Source: Verrucomicrobiota bacterium (GTDB lineage Bacteria > Verrucomicrobiota > Verrucomicrobiia > Limisphaerales > DSYF01). From it: a stretch of 64,000 nucleotides of DNA. Position numbers and translations under genes: made by a program. How positions within the stretch are numbered: the stretch's first letter is position 1; every line of letters begins with the position of its first letter. The stretch covers positions 785 through 64,784 of the forward strand of contig JALOTZ010000013.1 in assembly GCA_025457615.1 (NCBI GenBank), given 5' to 3'. Below are positions 55,878 to 64,000 of this stretch, piece after piece. Below the pieces are notes generated by a model. The model worked only from the letters and a program-made list of their open reading frames with translations. It was not told the origin of the DNA and searched no databases.

Positions 55878-57941
55878 ATGAGTCGCGACCCTGCCACGAC
55901 GCGCCAGGCCAATCGGCTGGCTGCCGAGAAGTCCCCTTACCTGCGGCAGCATGCCTGTAATCCGGTGGATTGGTATCCGTGGGGGGAGGAGGCGTTCAGG
56001 CGGGCACGAGCGGAGGACAAGCCCGTCTTTCTGAGCATCGGATACTCGACCTGTCATTGGTGTCATGTGATGGAACGTGAATCGTTCGAGGACGCGCGCG
56101 TCGGGGCGTTCCTGAACGAGCACTTCATCAGCATCAAGGTGGATCGGGAGGAGCGCCCGGACATCGACAAGATCTACATGACCTTCGTGCAGGCCACGAC
56201 GGGCTCTGGGGGCTGGCCGATGAGCGTGTTCCTCCTGCCTGATCTCCACCCCTTCTACGGAGGCACCTACTTTCCACCGGAACCCCGGCACGGACGTCCA
56301 AGCTTCCTGCAGTTGCTGGAGCAAATCTCCAGGGTCTGGCACACCCGCCGGACCGAGATCGAGCGGAATGCGTTCGAGGTCCAGGAGCAGCTCGCCGCGG
56401 CCCTGACCCGGCCGGCAGCCGGGTCAGACGCGGACCTGGATTCCGATCTCATCCGCCGGGCCGGGCAGGGCTTGAAGCGGATGTACGATGCTGAGCATGG
56501 CGGGTTCGGTGGCGCCCCAAAGTTTCCCCAACCCAGCCAGCCCGAGCTCCTGCTCCGATACGCAAGGCGGTTTGATGATTCGGAAGCCACCCGGATGGTT
56601 CTGGAAACCTGTGCACGGATGGCCGCGGGCGGAATCCATGATCAGCTCGGAGGGGGCTTTGCCCGCTACTCTGTCGATGCTGCATGGCGGGTGCCGCACT
56701 TCGAAAAGATGCTCTACGACAACGCCCAATTGCTCGATCTCTATCTGCACGCTTGCCTCGTCAGCGGAAATCTCATCCATGCCGAAACCGCGCGAAACCT
56801 CGTCCGCTACGTTCTTCGGGACATGACGCATCCCGAGGGCGGGTTTTACTCCGCCGAGGATGCCGACAGCGAGGGGCACGAAGGGAAGTTTTACTGCTGG
56901 ACCAAGGCCGAGCTGCAATCGCTGCTCGATCCAGCCGAGCTCGAACTCGTCGTCCGCCATTTTGGAATCACGGAGCAGGGCAACTTCACGGACCACAGCC
57001 ATCCCTCCCCTTTGCCGGGCCAAAACGTGCTGAGCGTTGTGGATACGAACCTGACCCCCGAGGACACCAGACGGCTGGCCGCGGCGAAGGCCAGGATGGT
57101 TAAGGCCCGGGAGCAACGGGTCCGGCCGCCTCTGGACGACAAGATTCTGACCTCCTGGAACGGCCTCATGCTGGGCGCGCTGGCCCAGGCCTCCGTGATC
57201 CTGGGGGATCATCCTCTGCGGGCCGCTGCCGAACGCAACCTGGCCTTTCTAAAGACAAGACTCTGGGATGCGGAAAGCAAAACGCTCCACCACCGCTGGC
57301 GCGATGGGGAGCGTGATGCCGTGCAGTTGCTGGATGACTATGCGTTCCTACTCGAAGGCGTGTTGCATCTCTATGAGGCGACGCTGAAGCCGGCACACCT
57401 CGAGTTTGCGATGAACCTCGCCGATCGCATGCTGGCTAAGTTCTACGACCCGACCCACGGAGGTTTCTGGCAGGCGCCAGCCGACAGCCCCCATCTGATC
57501 CTGCGAATCAAGGAGGATTACGATGGAGCCGAGCCATCCGGCAATTCCGTGGCGGCGCTCAGCCTGCTGCGATTGGCGGCCATCACGGCCCGGAATGGCT
57601 ATCGCCAGGCGGCAATCAAGACGCTGGCCCTTTTCCAGGATCGACTGCAGAACACCCCCCAGGCACTTCCGCGCATGCTGCAAGCGGTGGACTTCGCCTT
57701 GCAGGAACCGTATCGGGTGGTTATTTGCGGAGATCCGGACGCGAAAGAGACACGTGCGCTGCTACAGGCGGCCCATTCCATCTACCAACCCCACAAGGTG
57801 ATCCTGGGAACCGCGCCACCTGTGCAGGAGTTCGCCCGGAGCCTGTCCGCCCAACGTGAACCAATAGCTTACGTGTGCACGGGAACAGCGTGCCAAACGC
57901 CCACCAGTGAAGCGTCACGGCTGCGCGAGATGCTGCGGTGA
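55878..57941 (+). CDS. thioredoxin-domain protein, DUF255/YyaL family (N-terminal Trx fold + six-hairpin glycosidase-like domain)
   Basis: [61 protein letters not shown]...[12 protein letters not shown]. Confidence 0.88.
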   Translation: MSRDPATTRQANRLAAEKSPYLRQHACNPVDWYPWGEEAFRRARAEDKPVFLSIGYSTCHWCHVMERESFEDARVGAFLNEHFISIKVDREERPDIDKIYMTFVQATTGSGGWPMSVFLLPDLHPFYGGTYFPPEPRHGRPSFLQLLEQISRVWHTRRTEIERNAFEVQEQLAAALTRPAAGSDADLDSDLIRRAGQGLKRMYDAEHGGFGGAPKFPQPSQPELLLRYARRFDDSEATRMVLETCARMAAGGIHDQLGGGFARYSVDAAWRVPHFEKMLYDNAQLLDLYLHACLVSGNLIHAETARNLVRYVLRDMTHPEGGFYSAEDADSEGHEGKFYCWTKAELQSLLDPAELELVVRHFGITEQGNFTDHSHPSPLPGQNVLSVVDTNLTPEDTRRLAAAKARMVKAREQRVRPPLDDKILTSWNGLMLGALAQASVILGDHPLRAAAERNLAFLKTRLWDAESKTLHHRWRDGERDAVQLLDDYAFLLEGVLHLYEATLKPAHLEFAMNLADRMLAKFYDPTHGGFWQAPADSPHLILRIKEDYDGAEPSGNSVAALSLLRLAAITARNGYRQAAIKTLALFQDRLQNTPQALPRMLQAVDFALQEPYRVVICGDPDAKETRALLQAAHSIYQPHKVILGTAPPVQEFARSLSAQREPIAYVCTGTACQTPTSEASRLREMLR

Positions 57942-57942
57942 T

Positions 57943-58944
57943 TTACGAAGCCTGTTCCGCCAGCCCTCGCTCCTCCTCAAGGCGCGGCGTCATTTCCGCG
58001 ATCACATCGGTGAGGATATCGTCCAGGGTGCGGACAGGCCGGAAGCCGATGAGCGAGGCGACTCTCTCCAGCGAAGGAATCCGCCGCTGCATGTCCTCGA
58101 ACCCGGTCGGATAGGCTTCGTGGTAGGGAATGAACCGGATGGGTGACTGCGAGCCCGTCTTCCCAAGGATCTGCTCCGCCAGCCCCTTGATGGAAACCTC
58201 GCGGTCGGATCCCAGGTTGAACACCCGGCCATAGGCCTGGGGATGCTCGATCATGTCGATCATGGCCGGAACCACGTCCTTCACATGGCAGAAGCAGCGT
58301 GTCTGGGAGCCGTCGCCGTGGACCAACAGAGGCAGTCCCCGGAGCGCCTGGCAAACAAAGTTCGGGATCACCATGCCGTACCGGCCCGTCTGGCGCGGAC
58401 CAACGGTGTTGAACAACCGGACCACGACCACGGGGAGACGGGTTTCCTGGAAATACGCCATGGCCAGAAACTCATCGGTCGCCTTGGAATTCGCATACCC
58501 CCAGCGGGCCTTGTGCGTGGCCCCCATGATCCGGTCATCATCCTCGCAAAACGCCGCCTGTTTGCTCTTGCCATACACCTCCGAGGTCGAGGTGATCAGG
58601 ACCGGTTTCCGGTATCGGGAAGCACAACTGAGGACCCGTTCCGTGCTCACAATGTTGTTGATCAGCGATGCGGTGGGCTTCTCGATGATCAGCCGGACGC
58701 CCACGGAGGCGGCGAGGTGATACACCCGGTCGGCGTGTCGAACCAGTTCGTTCAGGAGCGATTCATGCCGGATATCTTCAACGTAACACTGGAAACCGTC
58801 GCGCCCCTCCAGGTGCTGGATGTTGCGGTAGCTGCCCGTGCTCAGGTTGTCGATAACCACCACCTTCTCCCCGCGGCCGAGCAGGCAATCGGCCAAGTGG
58901 GACCCGATGAACCCCGCGCCTCCGGTGATCAGGTGTGTCGCCAT
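57943..58944 (-). CDS. NAD-dependent nucleotide-sugar epimerase/dehydratase (extended SDR)
   Basis: LITGGAGFIGSHLADCLL...VYHLAA...TSTSEVYG...YANSKATDE (YxxxK). Confidence 0.85.
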   Translation of the reverse strand: MATHLITGGAGFIGSHLADCLLGRGEKVVVIDNLSTGSYRNIQHLEGRDGFQCYVEDIRHESLLNELVRHADRVYHLAASVGVRLIIEKPTASLINNIVSTERVLSCASRYRKPVLITSTSEVYGKSKQAAFCEDDDRIMGATHKARWGYANSKATDEFLAMAYFQETRLPVVVVRLFNTVGPRQTGRYGMVIPNFVCQALRGLPLLVHGDGSQTRCFCHVKDVVPAMIDMIEHPQAYGRVFNLGSDREVSIKGLAEQILGKTGSQSPIRFIPYHEAYPTGFEDMQRRIPSLERVASLIGFRPVRTLDDILTDVIAEMTPRLEEERGLAEQAS

Positions 58945-58951
58945 GGTCCGG

Positions 58952-59371
58952 TCAGATATGGTACATCCGATGCCCGTTGGCGCTCTCGTCCACCAACTGC
59001 TGGAAGGTTATGGCATCGGCCGCGCGCTGTGTGGCCTGCTGCAGCCCTTGCCACGCCCGCTTCAACTCCGGCGGGCATTCCGAATCAGTGAGGGCCGGCG
59101 TATCGAAGACTTCCCCGTGAATGGCGCGAAGCAGGTCGCCCATGGAAATCTCCGCGGGAGGCCGGGCCAATTGATAGCCGCCATCCTTGCCGCGCACACT
59201 GCGCGCGATGCCGTGCGCCTTGAGGTCAATCAGGATCTGCACCAGGTAATTGGCCGGAATCCCCTGCGCTGAAGCCAGGGCTTCAATGCGCAGCGGCTTG
59301 CCGCTCGGATGATGCAACGCCAGGCCCATGACCGCCCGCGCCGCATAATCGCTTTTGACCGAAAGTTTCAC
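58952..59371 (-). CDS. Rrf2-family transcriptional regulator (single Cys, probably cluster-less)
   Basis: (V)KLSVKSDYAARAVMGLALHHPSGKPLRIEALASAQGIPANYLVQILIDLKAHGIARSVRGKDGGYQLARP. I propose a GTG start at 59371, since Rrf2 proteins normally begin MKLS. It has only one Cys, so it lacks the three-Cys Fe-S ligand set. Confidence 0.8.
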   Translation of the reverse strand: MKLSVKSDYAARAVMGLALHHPSGKPLRIEALASAQGIPANYLVQILIDLKAHGIARSVRGKDGGYQLARPPAEISMGDLLRAIHGEVFDTPALTDSECPPELKRAWQGLQQATQRAADAITFQQLVDESANGHRMYHI

Positions 59372-59477
59372 GGCCACAGAGTGGACACAGCACGGAACGG
59401 CGGCAACACCGGGCACCCCTCCAGGTCCGTGTGATTCGCCCCCGCCAGGGGACGCCAGGCGAGCCGTCCCGGTCGCC

Positions 59478-60209
59478 CTACCAGTTGAAGGTGCGCTTGG
59501 GAACCTGAACCGTGTCGAACGGCCTCAAGTAGAACGGTGCGGGGTCCTTCCCCTCCATGGCTTTGCCAAGATCAATCTGATAGATCACCTGACGTCCGTC
59601 TTCCAATCGAACCACGGTAACCTTCGAGATCTTGGCCCGGCTCGGGTCATATCCGCCAGCCTCCATCACCGCCTCCAGCACGGTCATGGGCCGATCCATC
59701 GGGATCTTCCCCGGCTGAAGAACCGCACCAATCACGTAAACAACCGAAGCCGACTGAACCAGCTTCACCGTAATCACCTCCGCTCGAACCTGCTGGCTGT
59801 AAAGTCGTAACAGGTCGTTCTGCAACTCCAGGGTGGTCCTTCCCGCCGCTTGCACCTGGCCAATGAAGGGCAGGTCCAGCTTGCCGTTCAGCGGAATCTT
59901 GGCGACGGTGTTGATGTTGGTCACCGTCTCGCAGGTGATGCTGATCACATCCCCCTCGCCCAGATCGAGAGAGGCGTAGGTCGCGGCTCCGGGCGCAACC
60001 GACGCCGGTCCCGCTTTGGGGGCGGACGACTTGCCCGAGGCACAGCCGGAAACCAATGTCCCAGCGACGCCGCAGATGAGGAGGATCAAGCAGAGCAGCC
60101 GCAGGCACCACCGCTGATGGTAACGAGTTGGGGAATCCGTTTCCCGCGGGGAGCCGGTTGGCCTGGGAGCCTTCATAGATTCAATCGTTTCGCGCAATTC
60201 GCTCATCAC
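59478..60209 (-). CDS. polysaccharide export outer-membrane lipoprotein (Wza/EpsE-like: Poly_export + SLBB)
   Basis: Lipobox-like LVSGCASG. Also GDVISITCETVTNINTVAKIPLNGKLDLPFIGQVQAAGRTTLELQNDLLRLY...VYVIGAVLQPGKIPMDRPMTVLEAVMEAGG. Confidence 0.85.
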   Translation of the reverse strand: MMSELRETIESMKAPRPTGSPRETDSPTRYHQRWCLRLLCLILLICGVAGTLVSGCASGKSSAPKAGPASVAPGAATYASLDLGEGDVISITCETVTNINTVAKIPLNGKLDLPFIGQVQAAGRTTLELQNDLLRLYSQQVRAEVITVKLVQSASVVYVIGAVLQPGKIPMDRPMTVLEAVMEAGGYDPSRAKISKVTVVRLEDGRQVIYQIDLGKAMEGKDPAPFYLRPFDTVQVPKRTFNW

Positions 60210-60224
60210 GGAGCAAGGCTGAAC

Positions 60225-61562
60225 TCATTCAAAGCGGTAACTCAATCCCAAAGTAACGCGATTCTGGTTGTAGCCGCGGTTCGGCTGGTCCGATTCGCGC
60301 ACGATGTATTCGTAAGCCAGATCGCTGGACAACCGCGCCGACAGACTCCACGAGATGCCGGCGCCGCCCCGCCACTGATCATAAACCTCCGAGGGGTCCA
60401 CCCCGGCCGCAACCGTCTGCTCCCCATGGATATAGTTCAGCTGGATCCGGAGCGAGACAGGCTCGGTCACCGCCCAAGCGATCTGGTAATTCGCCTGCGT
60501 TTCCTCGGTGAACGAAGCGCCCTGCTCCACACTGTTGCGGACACGGTGATCCAACTGCAGCCGATGGGACAGGTGCCCGGTCAAGGTGTGGTCGGCATCC
60601 AGCCTCATGTAGTACGAATCGGCGCTGAACGATTCCTCCGGCAGGATCGTCAGGCTGTTGACCAGGTACAAAATGCCTCCATGTAGCCCCGCATGAAGAA
60701 AATCGCTGACCTGCCACTCCAGGTAAGGACCTAGACTCACAATCGTACTGTCCGAGTTGGTGCGGGACTCGTAGTCTGTCAGGGTCGTGGTGAACTCGAC
60801 GCCCGCATTGGCGGCCCCGCCACCAAACACATACCCCCCCCTCAGAAAGGGCAGGTGCGACACGCTGTTCACGTAGCTGAAGTCGTCCGAGGTGGATTGA
60901 TAAACCTCGTAGCTGTAGCCGCCAGTGACTAGAAAGTCGCCCGGCAGCCAGGTCGCCTGGGCCCCGATGGTGTTCTCAAACCTTGGAAACTGCGGCACAT
61001 CCGCAAGGTCGGCCACCGCGGACACATCCTCCGTGTAACTGAACCGGTCAAAGAGGGTGACGAAGACATTCCGCACCTGAAGATCATAGGAAAGCGCGGA
61101 TCCCGGAGCGATGGTCAGGCCGCTGAGATCCGTGTTGTGCCAATAGGCCCGGTATCCCAAGCCTGCCTGAAAAGCCAGCTCCGAGCGCTCGGAAATGCGC
61201 GCCGAGACGCCCACATCAACCCGGGGGACCTGGATCAGGTCCCCCTCGCGGTCGCCCTCGGAAGCATTGACATTGTCGTTGAACTCCAATGAATAGCTCG
61301 CGGCCAACGAAAATCGAACCGGACCGGCTTCCACGCCCTCAACATTGGAAAACGGTGCGGCAACGCGCGCACGCTGTCTGACATAGACGCCCTGGTCCGT
61401 CAAAACCGCATTCTGGAGTGCCGGCTGCGCCTGCACGGAAGCCGGGGTTGCGATGCTCGCGACGCCAACCGCAGCCACCCAGCTCCACCGGCGCAGCGGT
61501 CGGCAGCGCCAAGCGCAATCCCCATGCCTGTCCAGGAGGCGGGACCCGGGGAACCTCCTCAT
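60225..61562 (-). CDS. outer-membrane beta-barrel protein (PEP-CTERM-locus associated type)
   Basis: 445 aa. Signal-like AAVGVASIATPASVQAQ. Alternating Tyr/Gly/Ser/Asp-rich beta-strand pattern throughout. C-terminus ...VTLGLSYRFE. ATGA overlap with the prsR stop. Confidence 0.65.
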   Translation of the reverse strand: MRRFPGSRLLDRHGDCAWRCRPLRRWSWVAAVGVASIATPASVQAQPALQNAVLTDQGVYVRQRARVAAPFSNVEGVEAGPVRFSLAASYSLEFNDNVNASEGDREGDLIQVPRVDVGVSARISERSELAFQAGLGYRAYWHNTDLSGLTIAPGSALSYDLQVRNVFVTLFDRFSYTEDVSAVADLADVPQFPRFENTIGAQATWLPGDFLVTGGYSYEVYQSTSDDFSYVNSVSHLPFLRGGYVFGGGAANAGVEFTTTLTDYESRTNSDSTIVSLGPYLEWQVSDFLHAGLHGGILYLVNSLTILPEESFSADSYYMRLDADHTLTGHLSHRLQLDHRVRNSVEQGASFTEETQANYQIAWAVTEPVSLRIQLNYIHGEQTVAAGVDPSEVYDQWRGGAGISWSLSARLSSDLAYEYIVRESDQPNRGYNQNRVTLGLSYRFE

Positions 61563-62920
61563 GGCGGCTCCCCCTGCCCGAGCTTGGTCAACCCCAGCTT
61601 GTTCATCAGATCGTAAAGCGTCGGACGGCTGATCCCGAGTTCCTTGGCGGCCACGCTGATGTTACCCCCGCTTCGGCGGAGAGCCATCTCCACCGCCATT
61701 CGATCGGCCTTCTCGCGTGCTTCCCACAGGGACATGGGAATGGAGTGAACACCATCCAGCTCGAGGTCGCCAGCAGAGATTTGCCGACCTTCCGCCATGA
61801 TCACCGACCGGCGAACCCGGTTCTCCAGCTCACGAACGTTGCCCGGCCAGTGGTATCGTTCCATGGCCCGGAGCGCCGACTGGCCGAATCGAAGCGGGCG
61901 CCCATGGTTCTCATCAAAGCGCTTCAGGAAAGTATGGGCCAGCAGCCCCACATCATTCCCGCGTTCACGCAGCGGCGGCAACTCGATCACCACCACGGCC
62001 AACCGATAGTAGAGATCCTCGCGAAAGCGCCCGACACTCGTCAGACCCTTGAGGTCGGAATTGGAGGCGGCCACAAGACGGACGTCCGCTTCGATCTCCC
62101 GGCGCCCCCCGACCCGGGTGAAGGTCCTGTCCTGAAGGAAGCGCAGGAGCTTCACCTGCAAGGCCGGCGAGAGTTCTCCCACTTCATCCAGAAAAAGCGT
62201 GCCTCCTGAAGCGGATTCCACACGCCCAATGCGCTGGGCCACCGCGCCGGTAAACGACCCCTTCTCGTACCCGAACAACTCGCTCTCCAAGAGGTTCTCC
62301 GGAATGGCCCCGCAGTTGATCGCCACGAAGGGACCCGATTTGCGCGGGCTCGCACTGTGAATGGCCCGGGCGGCCAGTTCTTTGCCGGTGCCGCTCTCCC
62401 CCAACACCAGAACCGGAGCCAGGGTGGGAGCGACCTTCCGGATGCCGGCAAACACTTCCTCCATGACGGCACTGCGCCCCACAAACCCCTCAAAGGTTCC
62501 TGCCACCAGACGATCCTCAAGCCGCGCGTGCTCGCGCTCGATCTGGGAAACATGAAAGGCCCTCCTCAGAATGCACCGCAGATCCACCATTGCAATCGGC
62601 TTGCCCAGAAAATCGTAGGCACCCCCCCCAATCCCTCGCAACGCATTCTCACGCTCCGATTGCCCGGTGGTGATAATCACCTTGCAAAACGGGTCCCTTC
62701 CCAGCAACTGGGACAGCAGCCCGAATCCTTCCACCGGCGCGGCTGGCGTCGGCGGTAACCCCAGGTCCAGCAGCACAACGGGGGCCGGCTTGGCGGCAAA
62801 CTGAGCCAACGCGGCCGCGCGGTCCTCCGCCAGCATGACCTCGTAGTCATCCGCCAGCCCCCATTTGAGCTGGGTGCGGATGTTCTCGTCGTCATCCACA
62901 ATGAGGAGCCGTGATCTCAT
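61559..62920 (-). CDS. prsR: sigma-54-dependent response regulator, PEP-CTERM-box type (PrsR-like)
   Basis: LLIVDDDENIRTQLKWGLADDYEVMLAEDR...VVLLDLGLPPTPAAPVEGFGLLSQLL (REC domain). AAA+ domain GESGTGKELAARAIH...GAFTGA-like...LFLDEVGEL. C-terminal Fis-type HTH AAKELGISRPTLYDLMNKLG. Confidence 0.8.
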   Translation of the reverse strand: MRSRLLIVDDDENIRTQLKWGLADDYEVMLAEDRAAALAQFAAKPAPVVLLDLGLPPTPAAPVEGFGLLSQLLGRDPFCKVIITTGQSERENALRGIGGGAYDFLGKPIAMVDLRCILRRAFHVSQIEREHARLEDRLVAGTFEGFVGRSAVMEEVFAGIRKVAPTLAPVLVLGESGTGKELAARAIHSASPRKSGPFVAINCGAIPENLLESELFGYEKGSFTGAVAQRIGRVESASGGTLFLDEVGELSPALQVKLLRFLQDRTFTRVGGRREIEADVRLVAASNSDLKGLTSVGRFREDLYYRLAVVVIELPPLRERGNDVGLLAHTFLKRFDENHGRPLRFGQSALRAMERYHWPGNVRELENRVRRSVIMAEGRQISAGDLELDGVHSIPMSLWEAREKADRMAVEMALRRSGGNISVAAKELGISRPTLYDLMNKLGLTKLGQGEPP

Positions 62921-64000
62921 GCAGGTTTGGAACTCACAGGCAGCAGCACGCGAAAGATAGTGCCCACACCCGACTCACTCTCCACCTCAATCTCGCCGTG
63001 GTGGGCCTCCACGATCGCTTGAACCTGGTACAATCCGATGCCCATCCCCTTCTTCTTCGTGCTGTTGAACGGCTTGAACAGCTTGGCCCGCACCTGGTTG
63101 AGATCCATGCCGCACCCGTTGTCCCGAACGGTCAACTCCACCTGATGGGGGCTGCGCCAGGTGGTGCCGACCTCCACGCGCCCACCCTCGCCAATCGCGT
63201 CCCGCGCGTTTAGCAGCAGATTGGTCAGAACCTTCTTGATCTGCGACTGATCAACCCGGAGCCGGGGGGTCGCCTGAAGACAACAGCGGACCGCCAAGAA
63301 CTGCTCCCCACCCAGGTCAGCCAGCGCCTCGCGCACTAGCTCGTTAAGATCCGCTTCCACGGGCTTGATTTCCAGATCCCTTCGCAGGACCGCCAGGGCA
63401 CGAACGACCTCATGGATATGTTCGGTGCATCCCGAGACCGCCCGCAACGCGTCCTCCCGGAAGGAGGGATTGTCGAAATGCTTCTCACAGTTCTCCAGTG
63501 TAAGAGACAATGTTGAGGCGGTGTTCTTCAGGTCGTGAATCACGAAGGCCGACATCGTTTGGAAAGCCTCCAACTCGCGCTGGGTCGCCAGGTGTCTGGC
63601 GTTGCGTCGATTCAACAGGCCCCGGCTGATCTCGCCCGCAAGGGTGTGGAGCAGGTCCAGTTCCTCCGCCGTGTATGCCCGTGCACCCACACGGTCCGCA
63701 ATCAGGAGCAATCCCACGAACACCCCGCCGGAGCGCAGGGGAACACAAAGCCGATGTCCCCCAGCCTCGTGAAACTGGCTGGCAAAGATCCGGCTCCGGG
63801 CATCCGCCCACGAGGTCCCCGGATCGTCCAGGTCCAGCACACCTTCCTGATCTTCAAGCCCGCTGATCAGATCACCCTCGTGCCCGTGGCTGGACAGCAC
63901 TTGCTCCGCCGACTCTGCGGTCAGCAACGTGGAGCCTCCGAAACTCAGCTTGCGGTGGGCGTCCACCAGCCAGACCGTCACCGAGAGAGCGCTCAAGTGC
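62917..64000 (-). CDS. prsK: sensor histidine kinase, PrsK-like (GAF + HisKA + HATPase), 5' end outside the window
   Basis: The reading frame is open to the window edge. Contains FQTMSAFVIHDLKNTASTLSLTLENCEKHFDNPSFREDAL (H-box) and NLLLNARDA...DNGCGM...GMGIGLYQ. ATGA overlap with the prsR start. Confidence 0.75.
   Translation of the reverse strand, partial: HLSALSVTVWLVDAHRKLSFGGSTLLTAESAEQVLSSHGHEGDLISGLEDQEGVLDLDDPGTSWADARSRIFASQFHEAGGHRLCVPLRSGGVFVGLLLIADRVGARAYTAEELDLLHTLAGEISRGLLNRRNARHLATQRELEAFQTMSAFVIHDLKNTASTLSLTLENCEKHFDNPSFREDALRAVSGCTEHIHEVVRALAVLRRDLEIKPVEADLNELVREALADLGGEQFLAVRCCLQATPRLRVDQSQIKKVLTNLLLNARDAIGEGGRVEVGTTWRSPHQVELTVRDNGCGMDLNQVRAKLFKPFNSTKKKGMGIGLYQVQAIVEAHHGEIEVESESGVGTIFRVLLPVSSKPA

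Overview
High-GC (roughly 63-65% by eye), gene-dense bacterial chromosomal segment with about 60 protein genes and one tRNA-Asp(GTC). I infer a Verrucomicrobiota/PVC-type origin from four things: an FTLIELLVV prepilin-type protein, PEP-CTERM-type PrsK/PrsR regulators, a futalosine-pathway MqnA/MqnD-family gene, and giant Ig-like secreted proteins. Most content is core housekeeping: hisB, metK-ahcY, pheA, scpAB, gcvP, bioB, lepB, rpe, ftsH, tilS, split class-I fumarase, lpxB, aspS, rph, prmA, tsaBE, thiL. These sit in tightly packed operons with many 4-nt ATGA/GTGA start-stop overlaps. I found no rRNA, CRISPR array, transposase, integrase, phage gene or recognisable defence gene, so this is not an obvious accessory island. 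Many long ORFs in the track are antisense or out-of-frame high-GC artefacts. Several listed ORFs have spurious 5' extensions, which I trimmed using overlaps, coupling and homology-like N-termini. Items worth a second look: (1) a translationally coupled operon joining a membrane-anchored unknown protein and a prepilin-type protein to an ABC-2 exporter, with a paralogous ABC-2 module next to a His/Cys/acidic-rich TPR protein; (2) a SahR-like ArsR-methyltransferase-fold regulator divergent from metK-ahcY; (3) a family of covarying GC hairpins forming ~100-bp inverted-terminal elements, plus a 144-nt hairpin with an 18-bp perfect stem and a duplicated promoter module, all packed upstream of tRNA-Asp; (4) an in-frame, internally deleted Rex homologue coupled to lpxB; (5) an unlisted 54-aa basic protein gene with its own SD, upstream palindrome and terminator; (6) a Lys/Ala-rich histone-H1-like protein. 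No single item is proven to be a new system. All functional calls rest on my reading of the translated sequences, not on database searches.
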